This document shows, piece after piece, positions 18,101 through 26,623 of a stretch of 64,000 bases of DNA. Origin of the DNA: an uncultured Clostridia bacterium (GTDB lineage: Bacteria > Bacillota > Clostridia > Christensenellales > Aristaeellaceae); assembly GCA_934675735.1 (NCBI GenBank), contig CAKURR010000013.1, positions 11,277 through 75,276 of the forward strand. Reading direction: 5' to 3'. Within the stretch, counting starts at the first letter, position 1; every line of letters begins with the position of its first letter. The position numbers and the translations under genes were made by a program. The notes beneath the pieces were generated by a model. The model did not search any database and was not told the origin of the DNA. It was given only the letters and a program-made list of their open reading frames with translations.

Positions 18101-18129
18101 TTGACACCCGCCCTCCGCCCTGCTACAAT
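18101..18129 (+). promoter_or_regulatory. sigma-A promoter of sdpR-sdpI
   Basis: TTGACA (18101-18106), a 17-nt spacer, then TACAAT (18124-18129). Confidence 0.75.
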
Positions 18130-18143
18130 ACAGCCATCACCTG

Positions 18144-18161
18144 TTTAGATGAATTTCTAAA
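18144..18161 (+). promoter_or_regulatory. second operator-like dyad, downstream of the -10
   Basis: TTTAGA-N6-TCTAAA, the same half-sites as 18076-18095, overlapping the predicted transcript start. Confidence 0.55.
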
Positions 18162-18183
18162 TAGAATTGAAAGGAGGCCGCGC

Positions 18184-18465
18184 ATGGGCTTTGCCGAAAC
18201 CTTCAAGGCGCTTTCCGACCCCGCAAGGCGGGAAATCCTGCTGCTGCTTCGGGGCGGACGCATGAGCGCGGGCGAAATCGCCGGACATTTCGAGATGACG
18301 GGCGCAACCGTGTCCTATCATCTCAGCGTGCTGAAAAAGGCCGATCTCGTGTTTGAAACGCGTGAAAAAAACTTCATCTATTATGAGCTGAATACCTCCG
18401 TCGTCGAGGAGGTCATGCTCTGGCTCTCTCAGCTGAAAGGAGATAACCATGAAAGCCATCAATAA
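18184..18465 (+). CDS. sdpR: ArsR/SdpR-family autorepressor
   Basis: FKALSDPARREILLLLRGGRMSAGEIAGHFEMTGATVSYHLSVLKKADLV. AAAGGAGG precedes the ATG. Confidence 0.85.
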   Translation: MGFAETFKALSDPARREILLLLRGGRMSAGEIAGHFEMTGATVSYHLSVLKKADLVFETREKNFIYYELNTSVVEEVMLWLSQLKGDNHESHQ

Positions 18466-19090
18466 GCGCACCCTGGTTCTCACAAGCATCGTCATCCTGC
18501 TGCCGATGTTCGTCGGCCTTATCCTGTGGAACCGGCTGCCCGAGCAAATGCCGACCCACTTCGATTTCAACGGCACGGCGGACGGCTATTCCGGCCGCCC
18601 GTTCGCCATCATCGGCCTGCCGCTGTTCCTCCTCGCGATGCAGCTGCTCTGCGCCTTTGCCTTGCGGGCCGACCCCAAAAAGCAGAATATTTCCGAAAAG
18701 TTGGTGCAGCTCACCCTGTGGATTTGCCCCGCCGTCAGCCTGTTCGTCGGCATCTCCATGTATGCGAGCGCGCTGGGCTGCCTGTTCAACATCAACCGCC
18801 TCGTCTCGGTTTTTGTCGGCCTGCTTTTCGTCGTCATGGGCAACTACCTGCCCAAGTGCCGCCCCAATTACACGATGGGCATCCGCATCCCGTGGACGCT
18901 CGCCGATGAGGAGAACTGGAATCACACCCACCGTTTCGCGGGCTATGTCTGGATTGTCGTCGGGCTGATCATCACGGCTTCCGCGTTCTTCGGCGGGATG
19001 AATAACGTATTAACCGTTCTGCTCATCGCCGCGGCAGCATCGCCCGTCGTCTATTCGTATGTATACGCCAAACGGCATGGGAAGATTTGA
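18449..19090 (+). CDS. sdpI: SdpI-family membrane immunity/signal protein
   Basis: It overlaps the sdpR stop by 17 nt. Multi-TM protein with DUF1648-like N-terminus (MPTHFDFNGTADGY) and SdpI-type core (NYTMGIRIPWTLADEENWNHTHRFAG). Confidence 0.85.
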   Translation: MKAINKRTLVLTSIVILLPMFVGLILWNRLPEQMPTHFDFNGTADGYSGRPFAIIGLPLFLLAMQLLCAFALRADPKKQNISEKLVQLTLWICPAVSLFVGISMYASALGCLFNINRLVSVFVGLLFVVMGNYLPKCRPNYTMGIRIPWTLADEENWNHTHRFAGYVWIVVGLIITASAFFGGMNNVLTVLLIAAAASPVVYSYVYAKRHGKI

Positions 19091-19146
19091 GTCGGTTCTC
19101 ATTTGTTCTTTCGCCAAAAAGCAGGTTTTGAATACCATATAAACTA

Positions 19147-19166
19147 CGGACGCGCAATGCGCGCCC
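19147..19166. repeat. 20-mer GGACGCGCAATGCGCGCCCC, copy 2
   Basis: Exact match to 18041-18060. Confidence 0.9.
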
Positions 19167-19243
19167 CCAGCTTGTTGACATAAGCAAACTCAGCTTGAAT
19201 AGCAAAATCAAGAAATTCAGCTATTCTTTCATTTACGGAAAGG

Positions 19244-19279
19244 GCTATTCTCCCCCCCTTTGGGGGAGAATAGCTTTTT
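19244..19279 (+). terminator. rho-independent terminator
   Basis: GCTATTCTCCCCC / GGGGGAGAATAGC 13-bp stem followed by TTTTT. Confidence 0.7.
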
Positions 19280-19292
19280 GTCTACGGTCTGC

Positions 19293-19312
19293 GGACGCGC
19301 AATGCGCGCCCC
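19293..19312. repeat. 20-mer GGACGCGCAATGCGCGCCCC, copy 3
   Basis: Exact match to 18041-18060. Confidence 0.9.
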
Positions 19313-19321
19313 TGCAATAAT

Positions 19322-20230
19322 TTATCGCTTCAAATATTCCGCAATCTGCGCGAAATTCTCTTTGGCTTCCTTAAAATACGGCAGCATGCAGTAGCAATGC
19401 ACCATGCCCGGGCGGGCGAACATGGTATAGGGCACATTCGCCCGCCTGCAGGCTGTTTCGAACTCGGGCCGCGCACCGTAGAGGGTTTCATCCGCGCTGT
19501 AAAAGAAGTGGATATCGCCCACGCCCGAAAAATCGCCGCGCGAAAGATGAATCATATAGTCCGGCACATCGTCGCGGCCGTGGCGCTGGATTTTTTCAAA
19601 CTTCGTCTCAAACGCCGTGCAGTCGATGGAAACGTCGCTGTCGTTGAGCGCCAGCATCCGCGCGCGCTCGTCGTCGTTCCACGGCACTTCGCCCGGGGAG
19701 ACGGCGACGATATGGCGCGGCGGCGGGAGCGGCCTGCCCAGCGCGTTGTTATGGGCGGCCATGCCCAGCGCGAGCGCGCCGCCCGAGGAGAAGCCGCACG
19801 TGCTGACGTTGCCGCCGCCGTAGATGGCAATCATTCGGCGGTAGCATTCAAAAGCCATGTCATAGCTCTCGGTGATGCAGTGCTCCGTGCACAGCGGATA
19901 GCACGGAAACCAGATATCGCAGCCCGTCATGCGCATCAGCTTGCGCAGAACGGGGATATCGCCCTTATCCGGCCCGACGAGCATGCCGCCGCCGAAGAAA
20001 TAGAGGATGGCGCGCTCGGAGGGCTTTTCGTTTTCGCGCACAATCAGGCAGGGAAAGCCGTTCACCATTTCCTTTTCATAGTGCGCCTTGTTATCCGTGG
20101 GCAGATAGAAGCCGCGGTTTCGGTTCTGCTTTTCGACGACCTTGAGCAGTTCGTCCTCCGGCAGGCTGAACGCCTTTTTCACGCCCACGATTTGATAAAG
20201 CATGCGGAACGCCGATGCAAACAGACTCAT
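19322..20230 (-). CDS. alpha/beta-hydrolase fold esterase/lipase
   Basis: Oxyanion-hole region YFFGGGMLVG and nucleophile elbow GFSSGGALA. Confidence 0.8.
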   Translation of the reverse strand: MSLFASAFRMLYQIVGVKKAFSLPEDELLKVVEKQNRNRGFYLPTDNKAHYEKEMVNGFPCLIVRENEKPSERAILYFFGGGMLVGPDKGDIPVLRKLMRMTGCDIWFPCYPLCTEHCITESYDMAFECYRRMIAIYGGGNVSTCGFSSGGALALGMAAHNNALGRPLPPPRHIVAVSPGEVPWNDDERARMLALNDSDVSIDCTAFETKFEKIQRHGRDDVPDYMIHLSRGDFSGVGDIHFFYSADETLYGARPEFETACRRANVPYTMFARPGMVHCYCMLPYFKEAKENFAQIAEYLKR

Positions 20231-20272
20231 CTCGTTTCCCCCTCATTTCGATTTGCTTTGCGGTTCGTTGCG

Positions 20273-20896
20273 TCAGAGCAGAAGACCCAGCGCGAGCGTC
20301 GTCACCGCGCAGACGATGTTCCCCGTGCCGACGATGCGGAGCGGGAACAGCACGATATACAGCAGCGGGTTAAAGACGCACGCCCAGCGCGGCAGGGTCG
20401 TCAGGCCGCCGACGACGGCGGCAAACAGCGCCAGCGAAAACATCAGCAGGCCCGCATAACAGACCATCATCGTGGACGACGACTTTTTGAAAAGCTCGGC
20501 AATCAGTCTGCGCGCCTCATCGGTCTTGCCCATGCGGATATACACCCATTCCACCACGCCGCAGAGCACGTGATGCGCGCCGCCCGGCACGAAGAACAGC
20601 ATCTCGCCCGCCGTCATCAGCGCCGCGCACACGCCCGAGAACGGGCGCATCCATTCGCTCAGCGCCAGATAGCCGGGGAGCATCGCCGCCATCGCCATCA
20701 CGCCGCCTATGCCCGAGCGCATCGGCTTATCGAGCGGCGTATTGCCCATCACCGCCGACAGCTTTTGGTTGTCGCTCAGCATCTTAAAATCGAACCGCCC
20801 GCCGTCCAGATAGGTCAGCATGCGGTCGCAGTGCCAGAGCAGCAGGTGCCCCACGCCCGCCAGCAGCAGCAGGATTTTCGTCGCAGTCAGTCCCAT
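20273..20896 (-). CDS. integral membrane protein of unknown function
   Basis: 207 aa with about 6 hydrophobic segments. It is codirectional with, and 42 nt upstream of, the esterase gene. Confidence 0.6.
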   Translation of the reverse strand: MGLTATKILLLLAGVGHLLLWHCDRMLTYLDGGRFDFKMLSDNQKLSAVMGNTPLDKPMRSGIGGVMAMAAMLPGYLALSEWMRPFSGVCAALMTAGEMLFFVPGGAHHVLCGVVEWVYIRMGKTDEARRLIAELFKKSSSTMMVCYAGLLMFSLALFAAVVGGLTTLPRWACVFNPLLYIVLFPLRIVGTGNIVCAVTTLALGLLL

Positions 20897-21032
20897 TCCT
20901 TCGTCCTCCCTTTTCTTTTGTTAGTTTTTACTAACCCAAGGTGCTTTGAAAAGCTGCCCTTCGGCAGCCGCTCATGCGTTTGAATTTGGTTTTATTATAG
21001 TAGCGCGCCGCGGGATTGTCAAACCCCAAATT

Positions 21033-21072
21033 TCTGCATACGCGGCCGACCTGCCGCAATTTTGCCCAAAGC
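21033..21072. repeat. 40-nt interspersed module, copy 2
   Basis: See 4782-4820. Confidence 0.7.
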
Positions 21073-21141
21073 AAAACGCCGCCCTTGACGGGCGGCGCGA
21101 ATCATGCTACAATAAAGGCACGACGAGGGCTTTTATAGGGA

Positions 21142-21273
21142 TTAGCCTCTCGGCACTAACACGATGATGACCTCAACATCACCGTGTTCTTTTGTTTCTG
21201 TCGATTTTTCGATCTTGATGGACGTAATCAGCGTCTGTCTGATCGTAATCGTCGCCGTTTCTTTGGCTTTGAT
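21142..21273 (-). other. candidate 43-codon small ORF with perfect SD but ATC at the start position, or part of a small RNA
   Basis: GGAGG (21286-21282) lies 8 nt before ATC 21273. The frame is open to TAA 21144-21142 (IKAKETATITIRQTLITSIKIEKSTETKEHGDVEVIIVLVPRG). It is flanked by a minus-strand promoter-like site (TTGCGT, 17 nt, TATCAT at 21384-21356) and a terminator hairpin at 21097-21077 followed by a T-run. Confidence 0.25.
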
Positions 21274-21398
21274 GGCTCTCACCTCCTTCCGGTCAGAATC
21301 CGGAGCGTACTGGTGTCAAGCCCTCGACATGCCTGTCGGCCAAGCCGACTTGTGTATGATAACACAGTTATCCTTTTGACGCAAGAATCCCGCAGCGC

Positions 21399-21440
21399 AA
21401 AAAATCCGTCCGCCGTTGACCTCGGCAGACGGATTTTTTT
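21399..21440. terminator. bidirectional rho-independent terminator
   Basis: ATCCGTCCGCC / GGCAGACGGAT stem flanked by A5 and T7. It lies 23 nt after the patatin stop. Confidence 0.8.
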
Positions 21441-21462
21441 GCGCAGAATTTATTTTTTCCGC

Positions 21463-22311
21463 TCAATGACAATCATTCAGAAACGCCCCGATTTTCTCGG
21501 CGTCCTTCATGCCCTTATCATACATCATTTGCAGCTTTTCGTGGCTCTTGCTGAGCGTGGACAGGCCGCAGATATCGTCGGGTGCGACGATGAGCAGCTT
21601 GCCGAGCTTTTGATACTCTTTGGCGATATCCACGCCGTCGTTATACAGGCGGTAGCGGTCGAGCAGCCGCTCGGCGGCCTTCGGATAGGATTTGGCCAGC
21701 AGGCGCGCGGGCATGACGTCCTTCTTCTGTTCGCGCTTCTGGTCAACGGGGCGGGTGAGAATCAGCACGACCTTATCGCATCCATCCTCAAACGCCTTGA
21801 GCACGGGCACGGGGTCAGAGATGCCGCCGTCCAGACAGGGGATGTTTTCCACCATATACGGCTTGCAGAACACGGGCAGGGCGCACGAGCCCTTGAAGAT
21901 ATCGTAGTGGTCCTTCTTCAAGCAGCTCTTGCCGAAATAGACGGCCTGACCCGTGCGCGCGTCGCATGCGCCGACGTAGAACTCGGCGGGGTTTTTCGCC
22001 ATCGTTTCATAATCAATCGGGTTTTCGCCGTCGCTGTTGGACAGGGTGCTGTACACATAATCCAAATCGACATAGTTGCGGGTCTTGAACCAGTTATCCA
22101 GACTGGCATACTCCTTGCGGAACACATAATCCATATAGAAGGTATAGTTCCGCCCGCGCTGCTTCGCCAGATAAGAAGCCAGATTTGCGCTGCCCGCCGA
22201 GATACCGATACAGTAATCGAAATTCACATCGTGGTCGAGGCACCAGTCAAAAACGCCCGCGCCATAGATATCGCGGAAGCCTCCGCCCACGTCGATCACG
22301 CCAAGTTTCAT
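21463..22311 (-). CDS. patatin-like phospholipase
   Basis: Glycine-rich GGGFRDIYGAG, nucleophile GISAGS and a DGG catalytic Asp motif (PCLDGGISDPVP). Confidence 0.85.
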   Translation of the reverse strand: MKLGVIDVGGGFRDIYGAGVFDWCLDHDVNFDYCIGISAGSANLASYLAKQRGRNYTFYMDYVFRKEYASLDNWFKTRNYVDLDYVYSTLSNSDGENPIDYETMAKNPAEFYVGACDARTGQAVYFGKSCLKKDHYDIFKGSCALPVFCKPYMVENIPCLDGGISDPVPVLKAFEDGCDKVVLILTRPVDQKREQKKDVMPARLLAKSYPKAAERLLDRYRLYNDGVDIAKEYQKLGKLLIVAPDDICGLSTLSKSHEKLQMMYDKGMKDAEKIGAFLNDCH

Positions 22312-22355
22312 AAAAAAACCTCCCTTGGGGACTCTGTCTCCAAACCCCTGCCGAA

Positions 22356-22422
22356 GGGCTTTCGTTTTCTGCCGTTTGTTTCCGCCGCCGGCGGCAACAG
22401 CCGAAAACCTCTTCGGAAACCT
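22356..22422 (-). repeat. 67-nt module, inverted copy
   Basis: Reverse complement aligns with 44837-44904 and 50214-50280. Confidence 0.8.
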
Positions 22423-22629
22423 TCGGCCCCAAAAATTCGATGCGGTTTCAAGTTTTCAGATGATTTTATATTATATGCAAGAAGCGATGACTTGTCAAAA
22501 AGCTTTTTTCGGGGTCAAACTGCTTCTTTCTTTATTTACCCTTCCACCGTCCGCAGACGGTGGAAAGGTGAAAAGGTTAAGCAGCAAAAAGGCGCGGAGC
22601 CAAGCCCCGCGCCAACGCGATTGCTCGCA

Positions 22630-24402
22630 TCAGATGGCATTGTATTCCTTGAGGAATTTCTCGATGTCCGTGCCCTGAATCTTCTTGAGCACTTCCTTGA
22701 GCGCAATCTTCTCGATGAACGGCAGTTCCATGTCGGTAATCTTCTTGCCGTCGCGCAGCTGCACGGTGGCGTTGATGAGGTCGCGCAGGTCATAGGTGCT
22801 GCCCCAAACCTCCGGCACGCCGCGGTCCACGTTCAGCAGGGTGTAAACCGCCTCCATGCCGGTGCGCATGGAATACTCGGTGGTGAAGATGGTGTCGCGG
22901 GCGGTCTCGGCGAACTGGCCGAGAAACGCGAAGTTCACAGCGCCCTTCGGCACGATATCCGGACGGTCGCCCTTGGCGCGCGGCATGAAGAACGCGTCGA
23001 TATACGGCATCATGACCGGCACGGTGTTGGCGCTCTTCTCCGCCAGCTCCTCAATCTGGTCCTCCGGCACGCCGATGTGGTACAGCCACTCCATGCAGAT
23101 TTCCTTGCCGGTGCAGTCGCGCATGGGCTTCTTGACGTAGTCGCCCGGCTTGTCGGTGAACAGCGCGTAGACCCAGACGCACAGCTGGTTCTTCGGCTGG
23201 TCGTGGAACTGCTGCTGACGGTTGAGCGTCCAGCTCATCAGCCAGCTGGAATCCTTCACGGTGACAATGCCGCCGGTGACGGTGTGGCCGGTGAACGGGT
23301 CGCGCTTGCAAATCTTCCGGATGTACGGCGGAATCTTGTCATCCAGCGTGGTGATGGTCGCGCTCTCCCAGTTGGTCTGCTCCGCGTCGTAGATGAACTT
23401 GTCCGGATGGCCGAAGCTCGCGTCCTGCGCGGCAATCTTCTTCCAGAGATCCCAGCCGTTGCCCGGCTTGAGCTCGGGGTCGAACTTGGCCGCCTCGTTC
23501 TGGCTGCCGATGGAGCTGTTCTCGACGCAGCCGCCGTTGGTGATGAACAGCAGGTCGTTTTCGGTCAGGTTGATGGTCTCCTGCTGGCCGTCGCTCTCCA
23601 CCACGATGCTTGAAGCCTGCTTGCGCTCGCCGTTGATGTCAAACTTCACATCCACGACCTTGGTGTTGTAGAAGAACTGCACGCCGTGGCTCTTGAGGTA
23701 GCTGGTCATCGGCAGGATGATGGATTCATACTGATTATAGCGGGTGAAGCGCAGGGCCTTGAAGTCCGGCAGGCCGCCGATGTGATGGATGAAGCGCTTG
23801 ATGTAGAGCTTCATCTCCAGCGCACTGTGCCAGTTTTCGAAGGCGAACATCGTGCGCCAGTAGAGCCAGAAGTTGGAGGAGAACACCTCGTCGTCGAAGA
23901 AGTCGGTGATGCGCTTATCCTGAAGCTGCTCATCCGGCGTGAAGAACAGGTGCATGATTTCCATCGCGCCCTTGTCGCTGATGGCGAACTTGCCGTCGGT
24001 GTGCGCATCCTCGCCGCGGTTCACGGTCGCGCGGCAGAGAGAGGAGTTCGGATCCTCCTTGTTCAGCCAGTAATACTCGTCCAGCACGCTCTGGCCCTCA
24101 TGCTCCAGCGACGGAATGTCGTGCAGCAAATCCCACATGATCTCGAAATGGTTATCCATCTCGCGGCCGCCGCGCATCACATAGCCGACGTCCATCTTGC
24201 GGCCGTCGCACGCGCCGCCCGCCACGGGGTCTTTTTCAAAGACGTGGATGTGCTCGCCCTTCATCTGGCCGTCGCGCACGAGGTAGCAGGCCGCGGTCAG
24301 CGCCGCAAGGCCGGAGCCGATGATATACGCGGACTTGCCGTCCACGCCTTCCGGCTTCTTGGGATGAGAGAACGCTTCATAGTTGCCGCTGCTGTAATAC
24401 AT
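22630..24402 (-). CDS. ohyA: oleate hydratase (MCRA family, FAD-dependent)
   Basis: 590 aa. N-terminal MYYSSGNYEAF..SAYIIGSGLAALTAACYLVRDG dinucleotide fold and RGGREM motif. Confidence 0.9.
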   Translation of the reverse strand: MYYSSGNYEAFSHPKKPEGVDGKSAYIIGSGLAALTAACYLVRDGQMKGEHIHVFEKDPVAGGACDGRKMDVGYVMRGGREMDNHFEIMWDLLHDIPSLEHEGQSVLDEYYWLNKEDPNSSLCRATVNRGEDAHTDGKFAISDKGAMEIMHLFFTPDEQLQDKRITDFFDDEVFSSNFWLYWRTMFAFENWHSALEMKLYIKRFIHHIGGLPDFKALRFTRYNQYESIILPMTSYLKSHGVQFFYNTKVVDVKFDINGERKQASSIVVESDGQQETINLTENDLLFITNGGCVENSSIGSQNEAAKFDPELKPGNGWDLWKKIAAQDASFGHPDKFIYDAEQTNWESATITTLDDKIPPYIRKICKRDPFTGHTVTGGIVTVKDSSWLMSWTLNRQQQFHDQPKNQLCVWVYALFTDKPGDYVKKPMRDCTGKEICMEWLYHIGVPEDQIEELAEKSANTVPVMMPYIDAFFMPRAKGDRPDIVPKGAVNFAFLGQFAETARDTIFTTEYSMRTGMEAVYTLLNVDRGVPEVWGSTYDLRDLINATVQLRDGKKITDMELPFIEKIALKEVLKKIQGTDIEKFLKEYNAI

Positions 24403-24701
24403 AACCGAAACCTCCTTATGATTCAGGCGATACCGTCGGGGGCTTCTGCCCTGCCGGCTTGCGTATCGCTCATTTCCTTTTGATGACGTTATTGTACCAG
24501 GGTCAAGCGGTTTTTAACACGGGCAGAAAAAAAGCTGTGTCCCGTTTTTCGACACAGCTTCGATTTTGGATGATTTTTGGACACTTCGGGGAAAGTGTGG
24601 GAGAAGGAATACGTTGGGGCTCTGCCCCAAGCCCCGCCAGAAAACTGAGTTTTCCGGACTTTCCTCCTCCGCTTCGCGACATGCCGCGAAGCCATACGGA
24701 A

Positions 24702-24751
24702 GGTGAAGGGAACTCAGTTCCCTTCTGGGGTTTGGGGCAAAGCCCCAACGT
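24702..24751. repeat. 50-nt two-hairpin module, copy 2
   Basis: GGTGAAGGGAACTCAGTTCCCTTCTGGGGTTTGGGGCAAAGCCCCAACGT. Confidence 0.85.
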
Positions 24752-24755
24752 AACC

Positions 24756-25472
24756 TTACTTATGCACCTTTCTGAACAGGCCCCTGTTCGTCGTGCGGCG
24801 CGCCAGCGCGTTGCCCAAACTCTGCAAAATAAACACGACAATCAGCAGCACGACCACGCAGACGTTGACGATATCCTGATGGTTCTGGTTCTGGCCGTAG
24901 TTGATGGCGAAGCTGCCGATGCCGCCCGCGCCGACCGCGCCCGCCATCGTCGTCAGGCCGATGAGGCTGATGGCCGTGACCGTCGTCACGCGAATCAGTT
25001 CCGGCACGGCTTCATGCAGATACACGCGGAAAATCAGCCCCAGCGTGCCCGAGCCCATGCTGCGCGCGGCCTCGACCTTGCCCTCGTTCACGCCCGTCAG
25101 CGCAACCTCGACCTGACGCGTGTAAAACGGCACCGTGCCGAACACCAGCGGCAGAATCGCGCCCTTCACGCCGATGGCCGAGCCGACCACCGCGCGCGTC
25201 AGCGGAATCAGGAAAATCAGCAGGATGATGAACGGAATCGAGCGGAACACGTTGATGACGATATTCACAACCTGATAGACGATGAGGTTCTGGCGCACGC
25301 CGCCCTTGCGCGTAATCACCAGCAGCACGCCGAAAAACAATCCGACGACAAACGCGATGATGCCCGCCTTGGCGAACATCTCAAACGTCGCCGCGAAGCT
25401 GGTGAAGAAACGGTCGCGATAAGCGTACAGATTCGGCGCAATCTGCTCAATCAGCTGTTCAAATGCTTCCAT
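24756..25472 (-). CDS. metI: methionine ABC transporter permease
   Basis: MetI-type core (EAARSMGSG..FRVYLHEAVPELI). GGAGG lies 9 nt before ATG 25472. It overlaps the metN stop by 14 nt. Confidence 0.85.
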   Translation of the reverse strand: MEAFEQLIEQIAPNLYAYRDRFFTSFAATFEMFAKAGIIAFVVGLFFGVLLVITRKGGVRQNLIVYQVVNIVINVFRSIPFIILLIFLIPLTRAVVGSAIGVKGAILPLVFGTVPFYTRQVEVALTGVNEGKVEAARSMGSGTLGLIFRVYLHEAVPELIRVTTVTAISLIGLTTMAGAVGAGGIGSFAINYGQNQNHQDIVNVCVVVLLIVVFILQSLGNALARRTTNRGLFRKVHK

Positions 25473-26538
25473 CGGCGATAACCTCCGTATACACATGGTT
25501 TTCGTTCAGATAGTTCAGCGCGGCGGCAACCTGCTTTTCCTCGCCGCCGAGCAGGGCGATCATGCCGCCCAGCGGGTTATCCTCGATGACCTCGACGTTG
25601 GCCAGCACGATGTTGATATCCACGCCGAAATCGCGGGAGACTGTGGAAATCACGTGCTCGCCGACGCATTCCTTGTGGAAGGTCAGGCGCACGAGCTTCT
25701 GGTTCGCGGCGGGGCGCACGAGCGTGCTCCCCTCTTCCATCAGCTTATCCACCTTGCTCAGCGCAGAGGCGGAAGAGACGAACTTGCGCGTAATCGCCGC
25801 GCGCGGATGCGCGAAGATATCATACACGTCGCCCTCTTCGACGACGCGGCCGTTTTCCATCACCGCCACGCGCTGACAGATGGATTTGATGACCGCCATC
25901 TCGTGCGTGATGAGCACGACGGTCAGGCCGAGCTTGCGGTTCAGATCGCGGAGCAGGTTCAAAATGGCTTCCGTCGCATCCGGATCAAGGGCGCTGGTCG
26001 CCTCGTCGGAGAGCAGCACCTGCGGCTTGTTGGCCAGCGCGCGGGCAATCGCGACGCGCTGCTTCTGGCCGCCGGAAAGCTGGGAGGGATAGACGTCCGC
26101 CTTGTCGCGCAGATCGACCAGATCCAGCAGTTCAAACACGCGCGCCTCAATATCGGCCTTCTTCATGCCCGTATAGCGCAGCGGATAGGCGATGTTTTCA
26201 AACACGGTCGAGCGATCCAGCAGGTTGAAATGCTGGAAAATCATGCCGATGCCGCGGCGCATCGCGCCGAGCTTCTTTTCGGTCATCTTGCGGCCCTGCG
26301 CGTCGTAGGCTTTGCCGTCTTTGAGCGTAATCACGCCGGAGCCGCCGACGCTCAGCGTGCCGCTGTCCGGCGTTTCCAGCAGGTTCAGGCAGCGCACCAG
26401 CGTCGATTTGCCCGCGCCGGAATAGCCGATGACGCCGTAAATCATGCCGTCGTCGATATTCAGCGTCACGTTATCCAGCGCGGTCACGTCGCCGCTCTTG
26501 AGGTGGAACACCTTGTTCATGTTCGCGATTTGAATCAT
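25459..26538 (-). CDS. metN: methionine ABC transporter ATP-binding protein with C-terminal NIL domain
   Basis: Walker A GYSGAGKST, signature LSGGQKQRVAIARAL and a NIL-type C-terminal domain. Confidence 0.9.
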   Translation of the reverse strand: MIQIANMNKVFHLKSGDVTALDNVTLNIDDGMIYGVIGYSGAGKSTLVRCLNLLETPDSGTLSVGGSGVITLKDGKAYDAQGRKMTEKKLGAMRRGIGMIFQHFNLLDRSTVFENIAYPLRYTGMKKADIEARVFELLDLVDLRDKADVYPSQLSGGQKQRVAIARALANKPQVLLSDEATSALDPDATEAILNLLRDLNRKLGLTVVLITHEMAVIKSICQRVAVMENGRVVEEGDVYDIFAHPRAAITRKFVSSASALSKVDKLMEEGSTLVRPAANQKLVRLTFHKECVGEHVISTVSRDFGVDINIVLANVEVIEDNPLGGMIALLGGEEKQVAAALNYLNENHVYTEVIADGSI

Positions 26539-26623
26539 GGGGATACCTCGCTTCTTCTGTTATAGACAGGAAAAGCCGGTACGGCCTTTTTCGGGCCATA
26601 CCGGTTGAAAAGAGCCTGTTTGC

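Noticed and set aside
21117-21333. Possible SRP (4.5S/scRNA) or 6S RNA in the orphan intergenic region.
   Set aside because: - The minus-strand CCGGAAGGAGGTGAGAGCC resembles the SRP helix-8 motif GGUCCGGAAGGAAGCAGCC only superficially, because several invariant positions differ.
- Apart from the closing helix, the two halves do not pair into the rod with a central bubble that is expected of 6S RNA.
21164-21379. 71-aa hydrophobic plus-strand ORF (MMTSTSPCSFVSVDF...).
   Set aside because: It has no SD upstream. It overlaps the SD-bearing minus-strand feature and the long-range helix. Its composition looks accidental. It is kept only as an alternative in the finding for this region.
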